A stretch of DNA of 64,000 nucleotides from Dimorphilus gyrociliatus (lineage: Eukaryota > Animalia > Annelida): assembly GCA_904063045.1 (NCBI GenBank), contig CAJFCJ010000035.1:1-64000 (forward strand). Reading direction: 5' to 3'. Below the pieces are notes generated by a model. That model was not told the origin of the DNA, ran no database searches, and saw only the letters and a program-made list of their open reading frames with translations. Every line of letters starts with the position of its first letter. The first letter of the stretch is position 1. This document shows, piece after piece, positions 1 to 13,104 of this stretch. Both the position numbers and the translations under genes were made by a program.

Positions 1-315
1 CACTGCGTAGTGTGTTTTTCCCATCAAATCTTAGATAAATTCCACGATGATACGATGATATTTTACATGGAAAAGAGACTGAGCTAATAGAGTCATATGA
101 TGCTTCTTGCAAATTATATTTGTCAATTCAGTAGGATATTTGATAGGTATTACAACATTAATTATCTTTTCAAAGTATTGTATAGCAAAAAGTTTTCCAA
201 TGATATACTTGTCTGTTTCACTAAAAGAATGGAAAGTTAAATTATAAGAAATTCTTCTCTGTCCTTCTATTCCATGTAACAACATTAAAGTAAAGAAACT
301 ATGTAACAGTTGCAT
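1..315 (-). CDS. Mirror copy of exon 1 of the GRL101-like GPCR (partial, leaves window; carries a 1-nt frameshift)
   Basis: Reverse complement of 17292-17606: MQLLHSFFTLMLLHGIEGQ... signal peptide. One A is missing near position 105 relative to the right arm. Confidence 0.6.
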
Positions 316-553
316 ATTGAAAAATAATGTCAACTACTATAATTTATATTTATATATTATGATATTTTTTATTATCTTTGACATTTGTTCCATTCATGGT
401 AATTTACTTAAGATAATTCTTTTAAAAGTCATTTTTGTGCAGTTAGGGCTAAATAATTGGGGTGTGACTGTTCGGTGCTGAGCAATGTCAAGCATCTAAA
501 TGTTTCTTTTTTTCCCAACAAAAGTGAAGTGAACCTGCACTGTAGTAATCTAT

Positions 554-910
554 GAATTAGGTTAGGAAAGGCTGCAATTGAAAAAGGCTTCAAGCTTACC
601 AAATATACTGAATTTCAATAGATTTCATAATGTTTCTACCAGTTTTTTCTATTTAAATAGAATGTTTTACACTGTACTATAGCAACAAGTGTGGTCACAT
701 ATATGTAAAAAATATGAATTTTTTTTATTATATGTTATATTATGTATCATTTGAAGAGAGTGAAGGCCTTAACATAAATGTAATGTATTTATTGTACATC
801 ATTTTTGTCAGATATACTTTCTAACGCCCACAGTTGAAAATGCCGGGTGCAGGAGAAAACGTCCACAGGAGAAAATGTCCACAACTGAGGAGAAAATGTC
901 CATAGTGAAA
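554..910 (+). mobile_element. Truncated left end of the MULE family seen at 35477-37026, fused to a second MULE-type terminal subrepeat array (mirror at about 16690-17050)
   Basis: 554-824 aligns with 35477-35790 (gaattaggttaggaaaggctgcaattg... to gatatactttctaac). It is followed by three ggagaaaaYgtcc subrepeats at 850-905. Confidence 0.75.
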
Positions 911-1170
911 GAGAATTTTTCTTTTTAAAACCTTTCGAGATTAAGATGAAAAGGAAAATTGAGAGAATAAATATATAATTTGTATTTATGATATTATGAT
1001 ATGTTGAAAACAAAAACTAAAAACTACAAAACAAACTACAAAAAAATTACAAAAGATTAAGTTTATAACATGGTAACAAGCTAAATGAATGAGTTATGAT
1101 GCAATATAAATGCTGGCTGCCTTTTCCAATAAATCTGATGCAGATATTAATCTGACCTCAAATTTCTCCC

Positions 1171-1675
1171 ATGAGCCAAAGATCTGACTTTGAATTTTCT
1201 GATAAGGCTTTCTCTGTTGTCTACATCTTTTTCTCACTTAATAATTTCTTGTACAATGTAATCAACTCTGCTTCTCTCTTTAATTCATCAATGATAACAT
1301 ACAATGAAGAATTGGCATCAATATTCATTGATATCAGGTATGATAACATGGTCACTGTTGCAGAGAAAAAATGGCATTGTACCCAATCTATCTGGAATTA
1401 AGCAGTTTTTCCATAGTTGGTACTATAAACCTGGGAAAACACTTTATGTTATCATACATAATATTTGTTTGAGTATTGTAGTTTCAATGGTATGTATCAT
1501 CATTTTCAACTATATTATTGGAAGAAGAAAACAAAGAGAAGAAACTGCTACCCCAAGTGAGGGCACAGATAACTCTCCTGAAAACCCAAAACTAATGAAA
1601 CAAAGTTGTAGCTCTAGTCGACATCAAACTAATGAAGAAGAACAACCACCTGTAATTCTCATTAAATCAAGGTGA
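1171..1675 (+). pseudogene. env-like ORF remnant (C-terminal TM helix plus cytoplasmic tail) of an LTR retroelement; frameshifted in this arm
   Basis: Hydrophobic helix ICLSIVVSMVCIIIFNYII, then RRK and a polar tail. The stop lies 17 nt upstream of a polypurine tract and LTR. The right-arm copy (15931-16434) is one continuous ORF. Confidence 0.5.
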
Positions 1676-1706
1676 AGGGACTCATCTTCACAAAGAAGGG
1701 GGAAGT

Positions 1707-2332
1707 TGTACAACTTTGGTTATATTTTACATGCTTGAACTCTTTTATTTGATGCAACATATACATGTACATCTTAAAACCTACACAAGAAAATGCTATA
1801 ACATTGGCCAAACATAAGTCTGATTAGTCAGATTGAAGGCTCATCTTTAATTATCAATAAAGGTTTGGCCAAGTTATAATTTAATTAACTTGCCTAGGGT
1901 GTGGCCAAGTTATAATTCAATTAACCTTCCTAAATGTTCAACCTTGTAACATCCTGTTACTAAAGATAAATATGAACTACACATTTCGGCAAAGTGATGA
2001 TTGGATGTCAGAGGCAAACCTCAAAGTATATAAATCCTCACTATTCTCATTCTGCATGCAGCTTCCATCTGGACCAAGGACCTGGGAAAATCATCTGGAA
2101 ACAACATCCACTGGAACCATCCATCTACTCCTCAACATTAGAAGAGTGTTTGGTAATTTGGCAACCTGCTTTTACAAACTATCTACTCTGCTATCGAACT
2201 CTCATATTGTTACTTGCTTAAGTATTATTATTAAATAAACCGTTTTAATTTAAACATTTGTTTAAAGGTTTGAGTAGAACCAGTATTGTTATAACTTGCA
2301 AACACATAGATTTTGCCAGCAAGAGCAGTACA
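1707..2332 (+). mobile_element. LTR (626 bp, TGTAC...GTACA) preceded by a polypurine tract at 1692-1705
   Basis: aaagaagggggaag immediately precedes TGTACAAC. The element ends ...gagcagtACA with 5-bp inverted termini. The same sequence recurs at 28405-28933 and 50756-51125 with identical boundaries where present. Confidence 0.85.
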
Positions 2333-2344
2333 CTATCTATAGAG

Positions 2345-3094
2345 GTTCAAAATAGTTATTATTGGATAGATCCTGAAGTTGTCAGGACCACTCAATGAAA
2401 ACCTTGCCTCATCCGTAAATATGACTCTTGACCAATCTAAGTTATCTCGAATAGTTTTTAAACAATACTGTTTCCTTCTGTTGCAGTCATTGCTTGTGAG
2501 ATCAACTCTTTGTCAAATTCGTTTATAACGAAAATTTTGCAATTTCAACTCTCTCTGAATTGTCTTCAGGCCTAAATCTACCTCTAATTCATTTAAAATC
2601 TTCCTAGCAGTTACCCTTTCCTTGTTTCTTTTAAGTCTCTTCACAATCCTATTCATTCTTGCTACATCTCTTTCTGTGAGTCTCTTTGGACGACCCCTAT
2701 TCTCTTGTTTGGGTGGCTTATACCTTAAAATGTCGCTAACTGTAGATGATGCCATTCCCAAAGCCCTTGCAGTTTCCCTTACTTTCCCCAATTCTTCATA
2801 TTTCTGGATTACCAGGTTCCTAACCTCTTTTCCCCATGCCATAATGAAATAAATGATATAAAAATTAACTAAAGTAGGTAAAATAGATAATAAGTAATCA
2901 ACTTAACTTGGAAAATTAATTTTGTTGAAAAAAATGTCAGTTTAAGACGTCTATTTAAAAGCAAAACCTGATGTAATCCGGATGTATTTAGACAAAAAAA
3001 ACCAATTGAAAACAAAGATAATATTTTTGGGGTGTTTTCAAAATTGGCCTATCAAAATTTACAGTGTCCGGGTATTTTAGACCGTCACTTTATA
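2345..3094 (-). mobile_element. Tc1-family transposon 5' half (HTH plus first catalytic Asp), defective
   Basis: MAWGKEVRNLVI...GRPKRLTERD paired-like HTH, an in-frame stop, then VIFTDEARFSLSGPD. TIR-like tataaagtgacggtctaaaatacccggacac at the 5' end. Confidence 0.85.
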
Positions 3095-3184
3095 TAACAT
3101 TTAAATAATCTTTGAAGTTGTATTGAAAACCTGTTTTACCAACAAAAGGTTATTTTATTGAGCCTACTTTTGCTATGTTGGTAA

Positions 3185-4010
3185 AAGACTATTTAAGACT
3201 GAATACCAATTGTATGGTGATAATATCTGTATGGAGCCAAAAATATTTTACAAGTACAATATTGCAACATGTGGCTCTTTGTGGTTTTACATGTCCTATA
3301 TCCTGGTCTCCAACAGTCAAATGTGCTATGGCTACTTGCCATACAGTTTTCACATAGGTTCAGCCTTCTAACTGCTTTGCTTCGATCCTCAATGCTCATT
3401 GTTATGAATTGTGGGTAATTCCTTAATGGTGTGGCTTTCCACATATATAACAATCTATTTCTTTTCTTTCCTTTGTTGCCCTGCCCATTTTTTCTAACAC
3501 AGCAAAGGCGGCACCGAATTTTGTTTTATTTCCCCATATTCTGAGCATAGGAATTTCATTGTACTATTGTTGGCATCCTTTGTGATGATCTGAATCTTTC
3601 TACCTCTTCTTACTCCATACCCAAGTGCCTATTTCATCATCATCAATGCTATCTTCCATCCTATCAAAGGCACATGCATCCTTTTGTGTGGTCCGGCATT
3701 GCTAGCCAGATGTTGTATGTTTTAGCCTACTTATATGGACTTGTGTCATTGATAGGTCTTCATCATTGCTTTCGTTTGCAGTTACTGCACTGTTTCTCTT
3801 CCTTTTTCTGGAAGACATCCCTCTTTCACTAGAACAGCTGCTGCTCTGTGTTGAGCCATGACTGTTTTTTGGTCTTTTGCTGCCCCAATATAAATATTAT
3901 TTATATCTGCTTCAATATTCTCCTTTCTCACATCATCATCAATGGAGCGTATAACAAGATAAAGACTTACGGTCTCTCTTTTGTTTTTGTTCACTACCGT
4001 AATTTCATTA
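3185..4010 (-). mobile_element. BEL/Pao retrotransposon gag remnant
   Basis: Frameshifted CYICGKPH-LRNYPQF followed by FITMSIEDRSKAVRRLNLCENCMASSHSTFDC..TCKTTKSH, matching the BEL/Pao gag cysteine-knuckle pattern. Confidence 0.75.
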
Positions 4011-4492
4011 ATTGTTTAAATAAATTAGTAATAGCATCAAAATGCTATTTTCACTCATCGTCGATCTTAAAGCCCTCTATACAACCGGTTTAGTGAGTTT
4101 TTGTTTAATTATAGTCTAACAATTCATACACATATTGAAGTTTCAATACAAATTTTTTAATAGGTAACCTGCTGCCCTATTATTGCTAATTTCGTTTACG
4201 CATGATCTGTCTCACTTGTCTGTGACGTTTAAAAGGAGCTGTTTGGAATAGGTTGAACTATTCAAAAGTAAATTACTTGGTGTAGTTGTGAAGGAAGCTC
4301 AACTCTGAGGTATTTGTTGATGATAAAAACTGTATATTATTAATATTTATGAATTAGAAACAAGTATAGTGTTTAATGAATGTAATATAGAATAACTATG
4401 CTATTTATAATTAACTTTATTATGAGACAAGATGTAGTGATAAGTGTCAATTTCTATATAGAAAACTCTCAAAAGTTTAAGGAAAACTGAAT

Positions 4493-6895
4493 ATGTTGAA
4501 GGTCACAATGTTTGGTCAATTTATCATTCTATTGAAAATAATTCATCTGGTTTCGTGCGAGTATCATGACTATATAATAGTTGGAGCTGGGCCTTCAGGA
4601 CTTCAAATGGGCTCTTTCCTAGAGGACAAAAAAAGAGACTACGTGATTTTAGAAAGAGGAAACTCATCAGGTAGGAATATATACATATGAAATTAGTAAA
4701 ACTTGATTATAGAATAGCATCTCCTTTTAATTTTATCCAATTAGGAACTTTCTTTAAAACATTCCCAAGGCATAATACTTTAATTTCTATCAATAAAAGA
4801 TTCACTGGTAAAACTAATAAAGAGTTTAATTTTCGACACGATTGGAATTCTTTGATTAGTAATGATGAAGCGTTACTTTTCAAAGAGTATAGCAAAGGTA
4901 AACATTTATTTTAATATTAATATATTATGTTAAAATCTATTAATTTTTCTATAGATTTCTTCCCTGATAAGGGCGATTATCTTCAATATTTAAGTGATTT
5001 TGAAAAGAAATTAGGGCTAAACACTCGTTTCAATACAAATATTATATCATCTCGAAAGATTGACAATGGTACCATTGAACTAACTGATGAAAAAGAAGTA
5101 ACATTCCTTTGCAAGTAAGTTATCATTAGTTTATTCGAAACATTACGTATATATCTATAATATCTCAGATATTTAATTGTTGCTACTGGTATATTCAAAC
5201 CTCTGAAAGTCCCTTTCAATGGTAGTGAATATGTAACGTTCTATGATGATATGATCTTAGATCCACACTATTATGAGGGAAAAAATGTCCTAATACTTGG
5301 TAAAGGAAATACTGCAAATGAAGTTGCTACTTCTTTATTCCCTTATGCAAATGTTGTACATATGGGAAGTAGGAGTAGAGTGAAACTATCCTGGTCAACT
5401 CATTATGTTGGAGATTTAAGGGCCATTAATAACAATATATTAGATAATTATCAATTGAAAGCCTTAGATGGTATATTTGAAGTTGACGTTCGAGAATTAT
5501 CAATTTTTAAGAGAGATGACGGACGTTTCATGTTAGAAGATCCCTTATTAAAGGTCAACGTCAAGGACGATAATTTTTCTTTTAGAGATCCGTATGATGT
5601 CATAATATCCTGCCTTGGTTGGATATGGGATGAAACGCCATGGGTAGGATTAAATTTAAAGAAACATAGAGACCAAAAGTTGCAAAAATTTCCAAAGATT
5701 AATGATATGTACGAAGCAGTGGATAATTCGAATATTTACTTTACAGGTTTGTCCTTATTATGTAATAAAAAAGAGGTTACCAAGATGTAGCTTTATTTGT
5801 CTTGTCTATTCCTTTAATCACTTTATCTTTTCAGGTGTATTAACACATTCATTAGATTTCAAAAAATCGGCTGGAGGTTTTATTCACGGTTATAGGTATA
5901 CTACTAGAGCCTTACACAGGTTATTGGAGTGGAAGAATCATGGTGTTGTCTGGCCTCATCAACCTGCAGAACCATTTAATCAGCTTGTACCTTGGATCGT
6001 TAAAAGAGTGAATGAAGCTTCTGCACCTTACCAAATGTTTCAGGTGCTTGGAGATGTCATAGTTATCAACGAGTAAGTATTTAAATAGTGTAAAATGCCA
6101 ATCATGTAGTGGACTTTTCTTTCTTTTTAAACTATTATTCGGGAAAAGACATATAATCATTTAAATATACTGCTGTCTACCGGTTTTGAACATTTTACCA
6201 TTAGAAATGATTGAATAGAAATAAATAAAACTTGTTTTACAGAAAAGAGGAAACGTTTGAAGCGTATGAAGAATATCCCCTAACCTCTCTTGATGAATTT
6301 GAAATTAGGACAGGTCGAAATGTTACATCCGTTATTGTAGTGGTTTTTGAGTATGGGGATGGGTTTTCAGGTGAAGAAAATGTGAGCTATTATTTAATTA
6401 TCACTAATTCCTATCATCCTTATTTTTAACACTTGAATTAAAGGATCCATTCAAGTATGACCGATCTGCTGGCTCACCCGAAGAGGCTCATCTGAGCAAT
6501 TTTCTCCATCCGTTGCTGTACTATTATAAGAAATTACCAACAAGTGAGTGATATATTACATAAGCCATTCTACTACTTGCAATAAATTAAAGCTATAATT
6601 AATGTAATACAAACAAAAATCATTAGAGTCAGAGATGATTATGACGAAACAACCAGGAAATTTAAAATTACCAAAGCCAGATAGACTTCATCATGTCCTT
6701 GAAGATTTCTTAACGAATTTCGATACCCGTTATAGTCACATTGTACCATTGAGGCGATTTGTCGAACACGTTTTATCAAAGGATCTTCGAAGTTTTTCCG
6801 AAGAAGATTGTATTCAAGAAGCTTTTACTGGACTTAACGTTCCCCACGACTGCAAAGCATTTTACTTTAAAGATTTCCAATTCAATTTATCATAA
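4493..6895 (+). CDS. FOXRED2: FAD-dependent oxidoreductase domain-containing protein 2 (ERFAD), multi-exon (about 8 exons), with signal peptide
   Basis: [13 protein letters not shown] dinucleotide-binding motif, [49 protein letters not shown] and [18 protein letters not shown] all match FOXRED2. Short GT-AG introns (e.g. donors at 4671, 4898, 5116, 5748). Stop at 6893-6895. Confidence 0.93.
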
Positions 6896-7359
6896 TTTCA
6901 TATAATGCTAATTCGGCTAAACTTTCTTCTATTTAACATGACAAGTGTGCTGTCTTTTATTTGGAGTACAAAAGTAATATAGCTACTGTTTTCTAACACT
7001 GAAGAAATCATTAATATATAAAAACATTAATTTAGAGTAATCTTATAGTTTACTATAATAATTCTATCATTAAAATAGGCCAATAAAATATATTTTTTGT
7101 CCTTTAAAGAATGTAATTTGCGTATTATATAAATAAATAGGTTACTGAAATATAGAGAAAGAAAAGAAGAAGAGAAATTTCTCTGATGAACCTTTTTCGT
7201 AGAAAACCCATAGACCATTTGAATTTAGGACAAATAAAACATTTTTTGTTATGGAAGAAGATTAATCCTAAGAATAGAATTTGTCTTAAATCTGTAAATT
7301 ATTATTATTTATATTATATTTTTAATACATTAAAGGATTTATATGCACTAATCTTATTT

Positions 7360-8073
7360 CCTCAGGAACGAATCTATCGTTGTGCATCCATCTTTCAAAG
7401 ATTTAATGACGAATGTATTACAGGGATTAAAGAAGAGGAAGTTTCTGTAGAATATAGTAGGATTACTTCACCTCCTTTCTATCTATCTTCCCTATCCCTT
7501 TCTCAGTTTCATTTCATCTTATTAGAATTTCTTTTAACATAAAAACTGTACAAAAGGTGAAAGGCCTAATTAAATTGCACAAAATACCATAAGGACTATG
7601 GAAATCTACAGAGGAATGATGAATAATTTGAAAAATCTGGGAAATTTAATTTGTATAATGATTCTATTGGAAGAAGTGACAAACAGTTTGTTAAAGAATT
7701 TTTTCATTCTATATAGAATTTATCTCCTTTTTCCCCAAAAAATAGAAAATCAATTCTGTTCGAGTAATATGAATTGTTTACAATTTGAAATTTGTCAATT
7801 TGGTAAATGCAGATGTAATTTACAATTTGGACGAGATTTCTGTGATAATAGTAGGACTAATACCTTTCTTTTTTTCATAAAACATTACTTTTCATTTCTT
7901 TACAAAGGTCACAATCTCATTTAAAAAGTATGGAAAATACTTTGGTTCTAAACTTGCCTACATTCTGCCATAGTCAACATATTAATATTGCAACTAACCC
8001 CCACCTATTTCTCCTTACTTTACCTTTTTAATATTAAAATGGGTGCACTTGTAGGCATAGAAATATCAAAATA
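7360..8073 (+). pseudogene. Possible fragment encoding an EGF/EB-like cysteine module (mirror 9522-10240)
   Basis: CSSNMNCLQFEICQFGKCRCNLQFGRDFCD has EGF/EB-like Cys spacing. I could not build a clean gene model. Confidence 0.3.
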
Positions 8074-8084
8074 GTATTTAACAA

Positions 8085-8636
8085 TACTCTGCTGCCTAGT
8101 GTACAACACACCCTTTTTTATACTAGTTAAAGGTAGTTGTAGAATATACTTACAACTAAACTTAAATTCTAGTTTTTATTAATTTGCACATCATATTTAA
8201 TGATCATTAATTGTATCTTACACTATTTCATATATATTTGAAGTAGTTCATTGTCACTTCAACAAGTATTGTAAGCACAATACTATTGTAGATGGCCAAG
8301 TGAAATTAACCTTACTCTGCCAATGGCTTATACTCAAATATTTTACTTTTGACAAACAATTATTATTAATAATTTGTGGTATTTAAAAACAGCATTATGA
8401 TGACCTCTGTCTATTTTTGTGTGTTGGAACCAATCCAACATTTACCAAAAAATTGTTACATCTTATGCAATTTTCTGACCTATTGACAACAGTTTTCCTT
8501 AACAAAGCAAAGTTAACAAATATGGAACCATATTTGAACTTTCCTTTTATCCATAATGATACATTTGTTTTGCGTAGATATTTTTATCTATGAACTGTCA
8601 ACTTTTGGGAAAAGTATATAGAGCCTATGAATTTAT
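8085..8636 (+). repeat. Dispersed repeat family B segment (mirror 8961-9510)
   Basis: Aligns with 53560-54110 (aacagcattatg.tgac...ctatttttgtgtgttgga...aattgttacatcttatgcaattttctgaccta...). Confidence 0.75.
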
Positions 8637-8960
8637 GAATAGGGGTGAAACTGTTACCAGGTGAAACCATACCCATACTGGGGTGAAACCATACCCATAG
8701 AAATATTAGGTTTTTTTAATTTTATTAATACTAAAGAAAAGTATATATAATACTAAGAAAATGATAATAGATTAAGACATAACTTTTTCCATTCTATAAA
8801 GAATCTTTCAAAGTTATGTCTTAATCTATTATCATTTTCTTAGTATTATATATACTTTTCTTTAGTATTAATAAAATTAAAAAAACCTAATATTTCTATG
8901 GGGTATGGTTTCACCCAGTATGGGTATGGTTTTCACCTGGTAACAGTTTCACCCCTATTC
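8637..8960. mobile_element. MULE-type terminal repeat / MITE-like fold-back forming the palindrome apex
   Basis: Begins gaataggggtgaaactgttacc, resembling the terminus gagttggggtgcgaacgtacc of the MULE at 37385-40093. Contains tandem gtgaaaccataccca subrepeats. Homology to repeat B stops at 8636. Confidence 0.6.
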
Positions 8961-10698
8961 ATAAATTCATAGGCTCTATATACTTTTCCAAAAGTTGACA
9001 GTTCATAGATAAAAATATCTACGCAAAACAAATGTATCATTATGGATAAAAGGAAAGTTCAAATATGGTTCCATATTTGTTAACTTTGCTTTGTTAAGGA
9101 AAACTGTTGTCAATAGGTCAGAAAATTGCATAAGATGTAACAATTTTGGTAAATGTTGGATTGGTTCCAACACACAAAAATAGACAGAGGTCATCATAAT
9201 GCTGTTTTTAAATACCACAAATTATTAATAATAATTGTTTGTCAAAAGTAAAATATTTGAGTATAAGCCATTGGCAGAGTAAGGTTAATTTCACTTGGCC
9301 ATCTACAATAGTATTGTGCTTACAATACTTGTTGAAGTGACAATGAACTACTTCAAATATATATGAAATAGTGTAAGATACAATTAATGATCATTAAATA
9401 TGATGTGCAAATTAATAAAAACTAGAATTTAAGTTTAGTTGTAAGTATATTCTACAACTACCTTTAACTAGTATAAAAAAAGGGTGTGTTGTACACTAGG
9501 CAGGCAGAGTATTGTTAAATACTATTTTGATATTTCTATGCCTACAAGTGCACCCATTTTAATATTAAAAAGGTAAAGTAAGGAGAAATAGTGGGGGTTA
9601 GTTGCAATATTAATATGTTGACTATGGCAGAATGTAGGCAAGTTTAGAACCAAAGTATTTTCCATACTTTTTAAAATGAGATTGTGACCTTTGTAAAGAA
9701 ATGAAAAGTAATGTTTTATGAAAAAAAGAAAGGTATTAGTCCTACTATTATCACAGAAATCTCGTCCAAATTGTAAATTACATCTGCATTTACCAAATTG
9801 ACAAATTTCAAATTGTAAACAATTCATATTACTCGAACAGAATTGATTTTCTATTTTTTGGGGAAAAAGGAGATAAATTCTATATAGAATGAAAAAATTC
9901 TTTAACAAACTGTTTGTCACTTCTTCCAATAGAATCATTATACAAATTAAATTTCCCAGATTTTTCAAATTATTCATCATTCCTCTGTAGATTTCCATAG
10001 TCCTTATGGTATTTTGTGCAATTTAATTAGGCCTTTCACCTTTTGTACAGTTTTTATGTTAAAAGAAATTCTAATAAGATGAAATGAAACTGAGAAAGGG
10101 ATAGGGAAAGATAGATAGAAAGGAGGTGAAGTAATCCTACTATATTCTACAGAAACTTCCTCTTCTTTAATCCCTGTAATACATTCGTCATTAAATCTTT
10201 GAAAGATGGATGCACAACGATAGATTCGTTCCTGAGGAAATAAGATTAGTGCATATAAATCCTTTAATGTATTAAAAATATAATATAAATAATAATAATT
10301 TACAGATTTAAGACAAATTCTATTCTTAGGATAATCTTCTTCCATAACAAAAATGTTTTATTTGTCCTAAATTCAAATGGTCTATGGGTTTCTACGAAAA
10401 AGGTTCATCAGAGAAATTTCTCTTCTTCTTTTCTTTCTCTTATATTCAGTAACCTATTTATTTATATAATACGCAAATTACATTCTTTAAAGGACAAAAA
10501 ATATATTTTATTGGCCTATTTTAATGATAGAATTATTATAGTAAACTATAAGATTACTCTAAATTAATGTTTTTATATATTAATGATTTCTTCAGTGTTA
10601 GAAAACAGTAGCTATATTACTTTTTGTACTCCAAATAAAAGACAGCACACTTGTCATGTTAAATAGAAGAAAGTTAGCCGAATTAGCATTATATGAAA

Positions 10699-13104
10699 TT
10701 ATGATAAATTGAATTGGAAATCTTTAAAGTAAAATGCTTTGCAGTCGTGGGGAACGTTAAGTCCAGTAAAAGCTTCTTGAATACAATCTTCTTCGGAAAA
10801 ACTTCGAAGATCCTTTGATAAAACGTGTTCGACAAATCGCCTCAATGGTACAATGTGACTATAACGGGTATCGAAATTCGTTAAGAAATCTTCAAGGACA
10901 TGATGAAGTCTATCTGGCTTTGGTAATTTTAAATTTCCTGGTTGTTTTCGTCATAATCATCTCTGACTCTAATGATTTTTGTTTGTATTACATTAATTAT
11001 AGCTTTAATTTATTGCAAGTAGTAGAATGGCTTATGTAATATATCACTCACTTGTTGGTAATTTCTTATAATAGTACAGCAACGGATGGAGAAAATTGCT
11101 CAGATGAGCCTCTTCGGGTGAGCCAGCAGATCGGTCATACTTGAATGGATCCTTTAATTCAAGTGTTAAAAATAAGGATGATAGGAATTAGTGATAATTA
11201 AATAATAGCTCACATTTTCTTCACCTGAAAACCCATCCCCATACTCAAAAACCACTACAATAACGGATTGTAACATTTCGACCTGTCCTAATTTCAAATT
11301 CATCAAGAGAGGTTAGGGGATATTCTTCATACGCTTCAAACGTTTCCTCTTTTCTGTAAAACAAGTTTTATTTATTTCTATTCAATCATTTCTAATGGTA
11401 AAATGTTCAAAACCGGTAGACAAGCAGTATATTTAAATGATTATATGTCTTTTCCCGAATAATAGTTTAAAAAGAAAGAAAAGTCCACTACATGATTGGC
11501 ATTTTACACTATTTAAATACTTACTCGTTGATAACTATGACATCTCCAAGCACCTGAAACATTTGGTAAGGTGCAGAAGCTTCATTCACTCTTTTAACGA
11601 TCCAAGGTACAAGCTGATTAAATGGTTCTGCAGGTTGATGAGGCAGACAACACCATGATTCTTCCACTCCAATAACCTGTGTAAGGCTCTAGTAGTATAC
11701 CTATAACCGTGAATAAAACCTCCAGCCGATTTTTTGAAATCTAATGAATGTGTTAATACACCTGAAAAGATAAAGTGATTAAAGGAATAGACAAGACAAA
11801 TAAAGCTACATCTTGGTAACCTCTTTTTTATTACATAATAAGGACAAACCTGTAAAGTAAATATTCGAATTATCCACTGCTTCGTACATATCATTAATCT
11901 TTGGAAATTTTTGCAACTTTTGGTCTCTATGTTTCTTTAAATTAATCCTACCCATGGCGTTTCATCCCATATCCAACCAAGGCAGGATATTATGACATCA
12001 TACGGATCTCTAAAAGAAAAATTATCGTCCTTGACGTTGACCTTTAATAAGGGATCTTCTAACATGAAACGTCCGTCATCTCTCTTAAAAATTGATAATT
12101 CTCGAACGTCAACTTCAAATATACCATCTAAGGCTTTCAATTGATAATTATCTAATATATTGTTATTAATGGCCCTTAAATCTCCAACATAATGAGTTGA
12201 CCAGGATAGTTTCACTCTACTCCTACTTCCCATATGTACAACATTTGCATAAGGGAATAAAGAAGTAGCAACTTCATTTGCAGTATTTCCTTTACCAAGT
12301 ATTAGGACATTTTTTCCCTCATAATAGTGTGGATCTAAGATCATATCATCATAGAACGTTACATATTCACTACCATTGAAAGGGACTTTCAGAGGTTTGA
12401 ATATACCAGTAGCAACAATTAAATATCTGAGATATTATAGATATATACGTAATGTTTCGAATAAACTAATGATAACTTACTTGCAAAGGAATGTTACTTC
12501 TTTTTCATCAGTTAGTTCAATGGTACCATTGTCAATCTTTCGAGATGATATAATATTTGTATTGAAACGAGTGTTTAGCCCTAATTTCTTTTCAAAATCA
12601 CTTAAATATTGAAGATAATCGCCCTTATCAGGGAAGAAATCTATAGAAAAATTAATAGATTTTAACATAATATATATAATATTAAAATAAATGTTTACCT
12701 TTGCTATACTCTTTGAAAAGTAACGCTTCATCATTACTAATCAAAGAATTCCAATCGTGTCGAAAATTAAACTCTTTATTAGTTTTACCAGTGAATCTTT
12801 TATTGATAGAAATTAAAGTATTATGCCTTGGGAATGTTTTAAAGAAAGTTCCTAATTGGATAAAATTAAAAGGAGATGCTATTCTATAATCAAGTTTTAC
12901 TAAATTTCATATGTATATATTCCTACCTGATGAGTTTCCTCTTTCTAAAATCACGTAGTCTCTTTTTTTGTCCTCTAGGAAAGAGCCCATTTGAAGTCCT
13001 GAAGGCCCAGCTCCAACTATTATATAGTCATGATACTCGCACGAAACCAGATGAATTATTTTCAATAGAATGATAAATTGACCAAACATTGTGACCTTCA
13101 ACAT
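10699..13104 (-). CDS. FOXRED2: Mirror copy of FOXRED2; apparent 1-nt frameshifts (about 11270, 11644, 11940)
   Basis: Reverse complement of 4493-6895. For example, taggattaattt here versus taggattaaattt in the left arm breaks the frame. Confidence 0.85.

Noticed and set aside
1972-2238. ORFs within the LTR (also 28603-28800)
   Set aside because: Not conserved as open frames between LTR copies; treated as chance.
10699-13104. Right-arm FOXRED2 as a genuine pseudogene
   Set aside because: Lesions are isolated 1-nt indels with no substitutions seen, matching sequencing or polishing error.
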